From: Heterodontus francisci
Taxonomy: Eukaryota
Assembly (NCBI RefSeq): GCF_036365525.1
Contig: NC_090417.1
Location: forward strand, 2,342,832 to 2,406,831
DNA: 64,000 bases
Direction of reading: 5' to 3'
The notes beneath the pieces are model-generated. The model searched no databases, had not been told where the DNA came from, and was given only the letters and a program-made list of their open reading frames with translations. Numbering within the stretch: position 1 is the stretch's first letter; each line of letters starts with the position of its first letter. Shown here in pieces: positions 12,024 to 24,600 of this stretch. Made by a program: the position numbers and the translations under genes.

Positions 12024-12519
12024 CATGAGATCCCTGCTGAGTCTGCACCTGGACTTGGCAAAAGTCACAGTGCATTCGAGTCTATGAAGCCAGGGATTGC
12101 TCAGAATGGTCTAGTGCTCACCAGTGTTCAGAATTTGGCCACTGTTCGGGTGACTGTGAAACATGGTATCCAGTGGTTTGCTCCAAGTCTTCCCTGACTT
12201 GTGGACGTTGCTAGATATCTAAGCATAGTCGATCCAAGCTGGCAGGTCCTGCTCTGAGCAAATAATAGTTGAACTGTATACCACACAAAGCCAGAACAGT
12301 CTGGTTTCAGACTAACTGCCATGTCTGTGTGCCAGTTGCCTATCGAGTATGAAGTTGAACTGCAGAGTTGTCAGTGTTGGGGAAACTATGTTAAGAGTGA
12401 TATTACCACGAATGAGAAACAGACTTGTGGCTAGGAGATTTGTTTGATCTGAATTCAGTTCCAAGGGGGTAGGAGCACCAGCTGTCTATTATTTGGATAA
12501 ATGTCAGAGCTGTGAAAAT

Positions 12520-12715
12520 GACAGCTTGGCTCAGTTGGTCACAGTCTTGCCTCTGCGTCAGGCAGCCTTTCAAATTCCGTTGAAGACTGGAGCACAGGCT
12601 CTCGGCTGACCCTTCAATGCAGCATTGAGAGTCTCGTCTGGGTTCTCTGAAGGTCCCAAGGTATTAATTGAAGAAGAGAAGTGAATTGTTCTGCCAGCAT
12701 TTATCTGGTAATTCC
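12520..12715 (+). mobile_element. Degenerate Deu-SINE (SacSINE1-like) 5' fragment
   Basis: tggctcagttggtc A-box-like head and similarity to the copy at 28745-29170. Confidence 0.5.
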
Positions 12716-13062
12716 TGCAAGCTTGGACTTTGCTTTTCCATCTGGAAAGTGCAGATATTCACATTGTTGTGGTTAGGAGAGCTGGGCTGTGATGCTGCAC
12801 TGTAGATGGGGTTAAAAATCTCTGTTGGCACAGAGTATTGTGCAGCTGCTTTTTGTTTGTGCAGTCGACTATGTTATAGATACAGTGGCGCTGCTTCTTT
12901 ACCCTGTATTAACGGCCCTCATCTTAATGGTTCCATCAACACTTCAATAGTTTGAGGCAATGTGAAACCGAGTGAAAGTTACTGTTTTGTTATTGATCAG
13001 CTGAGAGGCACTGGCTGGCTTCAACTCTGTACTTGTATTTTTCTGTCACAGTTGAACAAGTA

Positions 13063-13242
13063 ATGAATAAGCTGCTGAAGGAAATGTTAGCGGACACACC
13101 AGCACGGCCGCTGAGCCGGAGCGAGCTTCTGGGAATGCTCTTCCGCCTCACGATATTTGGCGCTGCCACATACTTTGGTATCAAATGGATGGTGGATACC
13201 ATAGATCCGACACGGAGACAGAAGATCAAGGCCAAGAAAAGG
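13063..13242 (+). CDS. atad1: ATAD1 coding exon 1 (exon 2): MNKLLKEM...[33 protein letters not shown]
   Basis: Acceptor gtcacag| at 13051; donor AGG|GTATGG; TM anchor. The in-frame ATG at 13084 is an alternative start. Confidence 0.93.
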
Positions 13243-16200
13243 GTATGGTCGGCAATAAATACGGTCACTCTTAAATGGGGATCTGTCTGTTGAAATTAGA
13301 TTGTTTGGGAATGGGATGAGGCCATTAGACCCTAAAAGCCCATCTTTTTTGCTAGATCACCCTCATTGACCCATCATATCCCTCAGTTCCTCTGTCATCA
13401 AAAATGTGCTTAATTGCCTCGACCCCAACTGTGCCCTTCAATATTGTGCAACTATATTACTGGTTGGATGAACAGTCTCCTTTTGACTTCCCTTCTCACC
13501 TATAACTTCCGAATTGTGAACTTAACAGCATGAACTTAGCCATTGTAACCCTGCACCTCTCTTCTACTCCCCCCCCCCACCCCCTCCCCCATATCAGTTC
13601 AGTACTTTCTTTCACCTATTCTTAGTATAAATGTCAAGTCTTGACCAGAGTCATGTTTGACTGCAGCCAAAGTGTGTTGTTAAACTGTTCCAACAGGCAG
13701 AGAAGCTGATGAAACAGATTGGTGTGGAAGGAATCAAACTCTCAGAATATGAATTGACAATAGCAGCTCATCTGGTGGATCCCAGAGCACTGAAGGTGAG
13801 CCATTACCTATTTGATTGACTTATTAAATCAAGGATGTATTTTTGGTCAGATGCTATCTAAGTCTGGACTGTGTTATTGAATGCCGATTAGTGTGGCACT
13901 GTGGGCATTTTGAATTGTGAATTGGAGCCTTTTGGAAACGGCCTGCATTTCAAATTGTCGCAGCTGCTGGCAAGAGAAGCTTCAAGTATAGGCATAAAGA
14001 AGAACTCTGCACAGACTTTCTGGGGCGTTTCAATCCTAAACATGTGTTGATATACATACAGTGCACAAAATAAGCAAAAACATGTGGTAGGGGTGGCAGT
14101 CAGGGAGGAATTGGGGGAAGGAAATGATCCGCTGGGCAAGAGCAATGTTCACAACGGAGTGTTGACTTCCTGTAATGAAGCCACCACAACACACTGAAGA
14201 TGGGTTCCTAATCCTGAAGCCAGCTGCTAAGTAAAGGTGCTAACATCTTTTTAAGTTACGGTGTGCAGGGCATAATTTCAAAATTTGTGGATGACATAAA
14301 ACTTGGAAGTGCTGTGAACTGTGAGGAGGATAATGATAAACTTCAAGGAGACATAGGCTGTTGGAATGATGGACAAGTGGCAGATAAAATTTAATGCAGA
14401 GAAGTGTGAAGTGATGCACTTTGGAAGGAAGAATAAGGAGAGGCAATATAAAATAAAGCATACAGTTCTAAAGATGGTGCCGGAACAGAGGGATCTGAGA
14501 GTAAATAACCACAAATCGTTGAAGGTGACAGGGCAATTTGAGAAAGAATGTGAGATCCTGGGCTTTATGAATAGTGGCATAGAATACAAAAGCAAGGAAG
14601 TTATGGCAAACCTTTATAAAACACTGGTCTGGCCTCATCTGGAGTACTGTGTCCAATTCTAGGCACCACACTTTAGGAAGGATGTGAAGGCATTAGGGTG
14701 CAGGAAAGATTTACAAGAATGGTTCCAGGGATGAGGGACTTCAGTTTCATGGAGAGTTGGGAGAAACTGGGGTTGCTGTCCTGAGAGAAAAGAAGGTTGA
14801 GAGCAGATTTTGTAGCAGTGTTCAAAATCATGAGGGGTCTGGACAGAGTAGATAGGGAGAAACTGTTCTCATGGCAGAAGTGTCGAGAACCAGAAGAAAC
14901 CAATTTAAGGTGATTGGCAAAAGAACCAAAGGCAAAATGAGAAAAAACGTTTTTCCGCAGTGAGTGGTTAGGATCTGAATGCACTGCCTAAGAGTGTGTT
15001 GGAGGCAGATTCAGTCGTGGCTTTCAAAAGGGTATTGGATAATTATCTGAAGAGAAAAGAATTTGCTGGTCTTTGGGGTAAAAACAAGGGAATGGGACTA
15101 GGTGCGTTGCTTTTGCAGAGAGCCGGCACAGACATGATGGGCCAAATGGTCTCCTGTGCTGTAACCATTCGATTAATATCTATGATGACCAGATTCATTT
15201 TGCAGTTGTGTCCTTCAGGATAAGTCCATTGTATTATAGGAATCCCTCTTCTGGAGTTTGTGGGAGAGTTTCTGTTGTATATTTGCTATTGTGTAAAATA
15301 AGGTATCTGTTTTAAAATGTTTAGGGTTGCAGGGCTAAATGGGTGTGAAACTGATTCGAGCTGTGTTTAATTGCAGTTCTTTGTCAGATTCACTCAATTG
15401 GTAACGCTGTCACCTCTCAGTCAGTATATTTCTGGTTTTGAGTCCAAAATCTAAACTGGCACTCAAGGGCAGCACTGAAACAATGCATTGTCAGAAGGTG
15501 AGATGTCAAAACATCTGCCTGGTTGGCTGGGTTAAGTAGTGATTGAATCTTAACTCCCAAAAGTGGGTGGGTTGATGTTGTGTCAGAGGTTAAAATGCAA
15601 AAAAAATTGGGACAGGAACATGCTCACTTCTGATTTTAATGAGACGGGTTGAGGAGCAGGCGATCAGCCTGCTTGCAGCAAGCATATTTAAATGTAATGA
15701 GGCAGTGTGGGTTTATTTTAACAGTCATTCCATTTTTAACCACAGACGACCAGGTTTCCCAGGCCTCGGGAAACGCAGCAGCTTAAAGAGAGCGAGAGGG
15801 GCTGAATCCATGAGGTAATCGCCTTTAAAGCACAGCTTGTGAGACAGGAGGAGGAGGAGTGCTTCCTCCAGGCCCAACAAGCTACTCAGTAAATCCTCCC
15901 CAGCGATCTGTCTGCTTCTCCACTGATCATGGTCAGGGCAACCCCCCGCCACCAGTGTATCTCTCACTCCCCTACCTACTGTCGTCAGCTTTGGCCCTTT
16001 GAAGCAGGCTTCCTGCCTGTCAATCAGGCTGCTGTGAGCAGGAACCCACTTAAAGGAGCCCTGCAGTTAAATTCTGCTGGACGTTCAGGAAACTCATTCT
16101 TCCGAGTTTCCTAACTTTACAACAGCCCCCACCACACAAAACCCGCTTCCAGGCTAAAGTCCTGCCTAAAAATCGAACGCCATATTTGGAAAAAAAAAAC

Positions 16201-19200
16201 CAAAAGGTTTTAGTGTCCTGGCAACATCTCTCTCTTAACCAGCAGCAAAACTAGTCATTCATCTCATTGCTGTTTAATCGGATGCTACAGGCACAGAATG
16301 GCTGCCGTGTTTGGCAACATAATAACAGTCACTGCACTCGCTGTGTTTTCGAATATTTCCGTGTATCTAAGTATAATGCTGTACACATTCCTGCAGGTGA
16401 CGTGGCGAGACATTGCTGGGCTGGATGAGGTTATCACTGAGCTGCAAGAGACAGTCATTCTCCCATTCCAGAAGAAACATTTATTCCACGGATCCAAACT
16501 CTTCCAGCCACCAAAAGGTGAAAGTTGATTTGTACTTGGGGGTGGAGACAGGGTGGTAGCTGTGGTGCAGAGTACTATTTAGTGCATTTAATAACGCCAT
16601 TGTCTCGTGACTTGCCATCAAGCGTTATATTTAACACTGCACAACACGCAAATTGGAAAATCTTCATCCACCAGTTACAGTATGGGTTAGATACAGGGGA
16701 GAACTCCCTCTGCACTGTCCCATCAAACACTCCCAGGGCAGCTAAAGCATGGGTTCAATACAGAGTAAAGCTTCCTGTACCATGTCCATCGAACGCTCCC
16801 AAGGCAGGTCCAGCACGGGGTAGATATAGAGAAAAGCTTCCTCTACACTGTCCATCAAAGTTCCCTCGACAGGAGCTCAGTTGAGCCCAAAATAATGTTT
16901 GCATTTTAATGTATTGTATTTACCTGTCCTTGAGCTGTCAGTAAAAGCAAAATACTGCGGATGCTGGAAATCTGAAACAAAAACAAGAAATGATGGAATC
17001 ACTCAGCAGGTCTGGCAGCATCTGTGGAAAGAGAAGCAGAGTTAACGTTTCGGGTCAGTGACCCTTCTTCGGAACTGACAAATATTAGAAAAGTCACAGA
17101 TTATAAACAAGTGAGGTGGGGGTGGGGCAAGAGATAACAAAGGAGAAGGTGCAGATTGGACCAGGCCACATAGCTGACCAAAAGGTCACGGAGAACAGGC
17201 AAACAATATGTTAATGGTGTGTTGAAAGACAAAGCATTAGTACAGATTAGGTGTGAATACACTGAATATTGAACAGCAGCAAGTGCAAACCTGAAGAAAA
17301 ACAACCTGAAAAAAACAGTGGGTAAGCAAACTGAACAAACTAAGATGAAATGAAATAAATGCAAAAAAAGATTGTAAAAAATGTAAAAGGGAAGAAAAAA
17401 CAACTAAAAATGAAAGTAAAATGGGGGGCTGTCATGCTCTGAAATTATTGAACTCAATGTTCAGTCCGGCAGGCTGTTGTGTGCCTTATCGGTAGATGAG
17501 ATGCTGTTCCTCGAGCTTGCGTTGATGTTCACTGGAACACTGCAGCAATCCCAGGACAGAGATGTGAGCATGAGAGCAGGGGGGAGTGTTGAAATGGCAA
17601 GCAACCGGAAGCTCAGGGTCCTGCTTGCAGACTGAGCGGAGATGTTCCGCAAAGCGGTCACCCAGTCTGCGCTTAGTCTCCCCAATGTAGAGGAGACCAC
17701 ACTGTGAGCAGCGAATACAGTATACTACATTGAAAGAAGTACAAGTAAATCGCTGCTTCACCTGAAAGGAGTGTTTGGGGCCTGGGATAGTGAGGAGAGA
17801 GGAGGTAAATGGGCAGGTATTACACCTCCTGCGATTGCAGGGGAAGGTGCCCTGGGACGGGGACGAGGTGGTGGGGGTAATGGAGGAGTGGACCAGGGTG
17901 TCGCGGAGGGAACGATCCCTTCGGAATGCTGACAGGGGAAGGGAGGGGAAGATGCGACTGGTAGTGGCATCACGCTGGAGGTGGTGGAAATGGCGGAGGA
18001 TGATCCTTTGGATATGGAGGCTGGTGGGATGAAAAGTGAGGACAAGGGGAACCCTGTCACGGTTCTGGGAGGGAGGGGAAGGGGTGAGGGTAGAGGTGCG
18101 GGGAATGGGTCGGACACGGTTGAGGGCCCTGTCAACCACAGTGGGGGGAAATCCTCGGTTGAGGAAAAAGGAGGTCATATCAGAAGCACCGGCATGGAAG
18201 GTAGCGTCATCAGAGCAGATGCGTCGGAGACGGAGAAACTGGGAGAATGGAATGGAGTCCTTACAGGAGGTAGGGTGTGAAGAAGTGTAGTCGAGGTAGC
18301 TGTGGGAGTCAGTGGGCTTATCATGGATATTGGTAGACAACCTATCCCCAGAGATGGAGACAGAGAAGTCGAGGAAGGGAAGGGAAGTGTCAGAGATGGA
18401 CCATGCAAAGGTGAGAGAAGGGTGGAAATTGGAAGCAAAGTTGATAAAGTTTTCTAGTTCGGGGCGGGAGCAGGAAACGGCACCGATACAGTCATCAATG
18501 TACTGGAAAAAGAGTTGGGGGAGGGGGCCTGAGTAGGACTGGAACAAAGAATGCTCGACATATCCCACAAAAAGACAGGCATAACTAGGACCCATGCGGG
18601 TACCCATAGCGACACCTTTTACTTGAAGGAAGTGCGTGGAGTTGAAGGAGAAGTTGTTCAATGTGAGAACAAGTTCAGCCAGGCAGAGGAGGGTGGTGGT
18701 GGATGGGGACTGGTTGGGCCTCTGTTCCAGGAAGAAGCGGAGAGCCCTCAAACCATCCTGGTGGGGGATGGAGGTGTAGAGCGATTGGACGTCCAATGTG
18801 AAGAGGAGGCGGTTGGGACCAGGAAACTGGAAATTGTCAAAATGACGTAGGGCGTCAGAAGAGTCACGGATGTAGGTGTGAAGAGACTGCACCAGCGGAG
18901 AAAAGATAGAGTCTAGATAGGAAGAAATAAGTTCAGTGGGGCAGGAGCAGGCTAGATAGGACACAAAGTCCTATCTAGACTCTATCGTTTCTCCGCTGGT
19001 CCAGTCTCTTCCCACCTACATCCGTGACTCTTCTGACGCCCTACGTCATTTTGACAATTTCCAGTTTCCTGGTCCCAACCGCCTCCTCTTCACATTGGAC
19101 GTCCAATCGCTCTACACCTCCATCCCCCACCAGGATGGTTTGAGGGCTCTCCGCTTCTTCCTGGAACAGAGGCCCAACCAGTCCCCATCCACCACCACCC

Positions 19201-21616
19201 TCCTCTGCCTGGCTGAACTTGTTCTCACATTGAACAACTTCTCCTTCAACTCCACGCACTTCCTTCAAGTAAAAGGTGTCGCTATGGGTACCCGCATGGG
19301 TCCTAGTTATGCCTGTCTTTTTGTGGGATATGTCGAGCATTCTTTGTTCCAGTCCTACTCAGGCCCCCTCCCCCAACTCTTTTTCCAGTACATTGATGAC
19401 TGTATCGGTGCCGTTTCCTGCTCCCGCCCCGAACTAGAAAACTTTATCAACTTTGCTTCCAATTTCCACCCTTCTCTCACCTTTACATGGTCCATCTCTG
19501 ACACTTCCCTTCCCTTCCTCGACTTCTCTGTCTCCATCTCTGGGGATAGGTTGTCTACCAATATCCATTATAAGCCCACTGACTCCCACAGCTACCTCGA
19601 CTACACTTCTTCACACCCTACCTCCTGTAAGGACTCCATTCCATTCTCCCAGTTTCTCCGTCTCCGACACATCTGCTCTGATGATGCTACCTTCCATGCC
19701 GGTGCTTCTGATATGACCTCCTTTTTCCTCAACCGAGGATTTCCCCCCACTGTGGTTGACAGGGCCCTCAACCGTGTCCGACCCATTCCCCGCACCTCTA
19801 CCCTCACCCCTTCCCCTCCCTCCCAGAACCGTGACAGGGTTCCCCTTGTCCTCACTTTTCATCCCACCAGCCTCCATATCCAAAGGATCATCCTCCGCCA
19901 TTTCCGCCACCTCCAGCGTGATGCCACTACCAGTCGCATCTTCCCCTCCCTTCCCCTGTCAGCATTCCGAAGGGATCGTTCCCTCCGCGACACCCTGGTC
20001 CACTCCTCCATTACCCCCACCACCTCGTCCCCGTCCCAGGGCACCTTCCCCTGCAATCGCAGGAGGTGTAATACCTGCCCATTTACCTCCTCTCTCCTCA
20101 CTATCCCAGGCCCCAAACACTCCTTTCAGGTGAAGCAGCGATTTACTTGTACTTCTTTCAATGTAGTATACTGTATTCGCTGCTCACAGTGTGGTCTCCT
20201 CTACATTGGGGAGACTAAGCGCAGACTGGGTGACCGCTTTGCGGAACATCTCCGCTCAGTCCGCAAGCAGGACCCTGAGCTTCCGGTTGCTTGCCATTTC
20301 AACACACCCCCCTGCTCTCATGCTCACATCTCTGTCCTGGGATTGCTGCAGTGTTCCAGTGAACATCAACGCAAGCTCGAGGAACAGCATCTCATCTACC
20401 GATTAGGCACACTACAGCCTGCCGGACTGAACATTGAGTTCAATAATTTCAGAGCATGACAGCCCCCCATTTTACTTTCATTTTTAGTTGTTTTTTCTTC
20501 CCTTTTACATTTTTTACAATCTTTTTTTGCATTTATTTCATTTCATCTTAGTTTGTTCAGTTTGCTTACCCACTGTTTTTTTCAGGTTGTTTTTCTTCAG
20601 GTTTGCACTTGCTGCTGTTCAATATTCAGTGTATTCACACCTAATCTGTACTAATGCTTTGTCTTTCAACACACCGTTAACCTATTGTTTGCCTGTTCTC
20701 CGTGACCTTTTGGTCAGCTATGTGGCCTGGTCCAATCTGCACCTTCTCCTTTGTTACCTCTTGCCCCACCCCCACCTCACTTGTTTATAATCTGTGACTT
20801 TTCTAATATTTGTCAGTTCCGAAGAAGGGTCACTGACCCGAAACGTTAACTCTGCTTCTCTTTCCACAGATGCTGCCAGACCTGCTGAGTGATTCCAGCA
20901 TTTCTTGCTTGAGCTGTCAGTGTCTTTTTCATCCAGACCCTATGCTTGGGTAGGTTTGCCCATAAGGTTTGAATATTTGGTATCTCAGAAAAACATGAAT
21001 TGTAATATCTGTCAACATTTCAAAAGAGAAATTAAAGATAGATATTCAGGGTATCAAGGGATATGGGGTTCGTTAGGGAAATGGCATGGAGGTAGAAGAT
21101 CAGACATGATCTAGTTGAATGGTGGAGCAGGCTCGAGGGGCCGAATGGCCGCCTCCTGCTCCTATTTCCTATGAAAAACCAAGTCAGTGTTTCTGGTGCA
21201 AACAAGGTCATCAACCTGAAACGTTGGCCTTTTTTTCTTTCAGGCCCTGACTGTGCAGTTTCGCTATTTGTAGCACTTTATGATTGATTTCAAATGAGAG
21301 CCTTCTTTCTGTGCCTGTGAACAGGGGTGTTGCTGTATGGCCCTCCAGGCTGTGGGAAGACCCTCATCGCCAAAGCCACAGCGAGTGTCGCTGGCTGTCA
21401 TTTCATCAACATGCAGGCCTCAACATTAACTGATAAGTGGTATGGAGAGTCGCAGAAACTGACAGCTGCTGTCTTCTCTTTGGCTGCGAAAATTGAGCCA
21501 TGCATCATATTCATTGATGAAATAGGTAGGTGCTGTCTTTGTGGAGAATGATCATTTGGAGTTCTAGAATCTTTGTTTGTCTGAACCTGATAGAGAAAAG
21601 AGGGATCCATATGTAT

Positions 21617-21670
<54 letters not shown>

Positions 21671-24600
21671 ACCCCCAAATTCTCAATTAGATTGCAGCCT
21701 GTGACTCACACGTGGATATGTTACTCCGTGTATAAATCACTGAACCCATCAATTAGATCAGCAGCTAAAGGGTGGGTATTGTAGATAGTAAATGTGGTGT
21801 AAGTTTAACAATCCATTCTGATTTATTCTGTGTACCCTGCCCTCTGCCTGATGTCAGTCTGTATCTTTGTTGATCTTCACTGTGGTGTCTTTTTCCAATC
21901 CGCTAGATTCATTTCTTCGAAACCGTTCCTGTGCAGATCATGAAGCGACAGCCATGATGAAAGCACAGTTCATGAGCTTGTGGGACGGACTGAGCACAGA
22001 CATAGATTGCCAGGTAAATGGGGAGTTGTCTGAAACAAGAGACAGAACTTTGTACGTAGATATTCCACACTGCTTTATGTATGTGTTGTTTGTGATGGAC
22101 AATTGCAAAACGAGATACATTTTTAAAAAAAACTTGAATTTTACTAATGATGTGACTGGAACTGGAGGTCCATGTTGTTGAATGCAGTGATTTGATTGAA
22201 AGCTCGAACTTTTAAATCCTACTCGCTCGGATTTAATTTGACTGACACCTGTGTATCCCGTATCGGAGCAGGAGCAGTTCCTTCAGCAGCAGAAGGGAGA
22301 AAGACATAAACTTTAGAAGCCCCCATGTTCCAGGCAGTAAAATCAGGCATTTTCACCATAATCCAAAGGAAATACTGGGAGGTGAGAATGTAGCAAGTTT
22401 TGGGGTCTTATTTTCTTCTTTCTGTGCACTCTCTGTAGGTGATTGTGATGGGTGCAACAAACAGACCACAGGATGTGGATCCTGCCATCTTGAGGAGGAT
22501 GCCCAGTACCTTCCATGTGGGCCTGCCCGTGAGTGTTTGACTGTTAGACCGCCTTTATGTTTTTCTGTGCAGTTCTGATGTCGATATTGGTATCTAAGTG
22601 GATCTGAACAGTGTCTGGGGTGGGGAGAATAGAGATATTGGTCCACAAATTCACTGATTTAGCATGTCACCTTCAAGTTAATTTGTCCAATTTTAAAACG
22701 GGAGCTAACTATTTCTGTGTAATCCTACAGAGGCAGAGACAGCGGCAAGAGATTCTGAAGTTGATCCTTTCTGGTGAAAGTGTACGTTTCTCACTCCGTC
22801 TGTCATTTTGTTTTTTGTCTCTTACCCAGTGTTGTTAGTGCTGTAGGTTGCGTGCATTTATTGATTCTTGATATTTTTTTTTCTTTTTAAATGCACTTCC
22901 AGTTGAACAGTGATGTGAGGCTGAAAGAAATAGCAGAGAAGACAGAAGGCTACTCGGGCAGTGACCTGCGGGAGCTGTGCAGAGAGGCAGCCTTGCACCG
23001 GCTCCGTGACTTGGTTCGTAAGGAGCAAATGCAGCGCATTGGGAGACAGCTGCAGCTTGATGACTACGAGGAAAGGTGCCTCTCGTCGCGGCGCTTTCTA
23101 TCGTTTGAGAGGCATTCCCACTCACTAGGAGATGCCTGAGGGCAAAGTTTGTTCCACAATGTGGGAGAGTTAATAAGAGTAGGCGGAAGGTAAAGCGGGG
23201 GCACACAGAAGGGAACAGTGAAGTGTGAACAAGTCCCTTTGACAGAAAACATGGGCAACTCGCCTGCGTGTGCCCTGAAGTTCCACCCACTTGTTGTTCC
23301 CAGTCACAGTGTGAAGCAGCATCTGTTCCCAACACTGCCATGGGAAGGAACTATTTTATTTAGATTTTAGATTTAGATTTAGAGATACAGCACTGAAACA
23401 GGCCCTTCGGCCCACCGGGTCTGTGCCGACCATTAACCACCCATTTATACTAATCCTACACTAATCCCATAATCCTACCACATCCTCACCAGTCCCTATA
23501 TTCCCCTACCACCTACCTATACTAGGGGAAATTTATAATGGCCAATTTACCTACCAACCTGCAAGTCTTTTGGCTGTGGGAGGAAACCGGAGCACCCGGA
23601 GGAAACCCACGCAGACACAGGGAGAACTTGCAAACTCCGCAATGGCAGTACCCAGAATTGAACCTGGGTCGCTGGAGCTGTGAGTCTGCGGTGCTAACCA
23701 CTGCGCCACTGTGCCGCCCCTTCATCTCTCACCCTTCCCTATGGATGATTAAAGAGGTTGTGGAGTTAGATCCTGTTTAGTGCTGCCAGTTTTGTCCCCT
23801 GACTGTTGTTAGCATACAGTTTAATGTACTGGAATTAAACTGGGGAACCAATCAGTGACCAATCTAAATGTGCAAGTCCCAACTTGCAGGCTATTGTCTG
23901 CTCTGAAAAGGATACACAACTCGCATGGCTGGCTTCTAGAAAAGGAGTTCAGCGTACTTATTGGCGTGTGGGCTGAGAGCTCGAAAACTTCAGTCGTATA
24001 TCAGATACAGGCTGCACTCAGCCCAGGATTAGTGCAAACGATTTGTCATCCATCTGGGGATTCCTGTAGTTGTCTCTCTAAATGAGGGTGACCTCACTTC
24101 AGTGAAAATCTGTTTAATGGTTAAAACTGACAGTGGCTTTGGATTCTTCTATGTTTTCCCCTCCTGAAAGTGCGAGTGTCACTGAACAGCTACAGGGCAT
24201 CCTGAAGGGGGAGGGTGATAAGGCAGAGGTCATGGTACATGTTGGTACCAATGACATAGGTGGAAAGAGGGATGAGGTCTTGCATCAAGAATTCAGGGAG
24301 TTAGGCAGTTGACTAAAAAGCAGGACCTCTCGGGTTCTAATCTCTGGATTACTCCCAGTGCCACGTGCTAGCGAGTATAGAAATAGCAGAATAGCACAGA
24401 TGAATGCGTGGCTTAAGAGTTGGTGCAGGAGGGAGGGTTTTAGATTCCTGGACCACTGACACCGTTTCTGGGGAAGGTGGGACCTGTACAAGCGGGACAG
24501 TCTATATCTGATCCAGAGGGGGACCAACATCCTTGCTGGTGGGTTTGCTAGTGCTGTTGGGAGGAGTTTAAACTAATTTGGCAGGGGGAGGGGATGCAGA

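Noticed and set aside
16684-16862. Regularly spaced repeats superficially like a CRISPR array
   Set aside because: Units are contiguous with no unique spacers, eukaryotic intron context, no cas genes; ordinary minisatellite
17101-20790. Pairs of identical or near-identical 70-125 aa ORFs on opposite strands
   Set aside because: Alternative frames of the two inverted PLE arms, not separate genes
23640-23720. A and B boxes suggesting a tRNA gene (also at 28745-28810 and 63590-63655)
   Set aside because: They are SINE heads continuing into V or Deu domains and LINE-like tails; no cloverleaf
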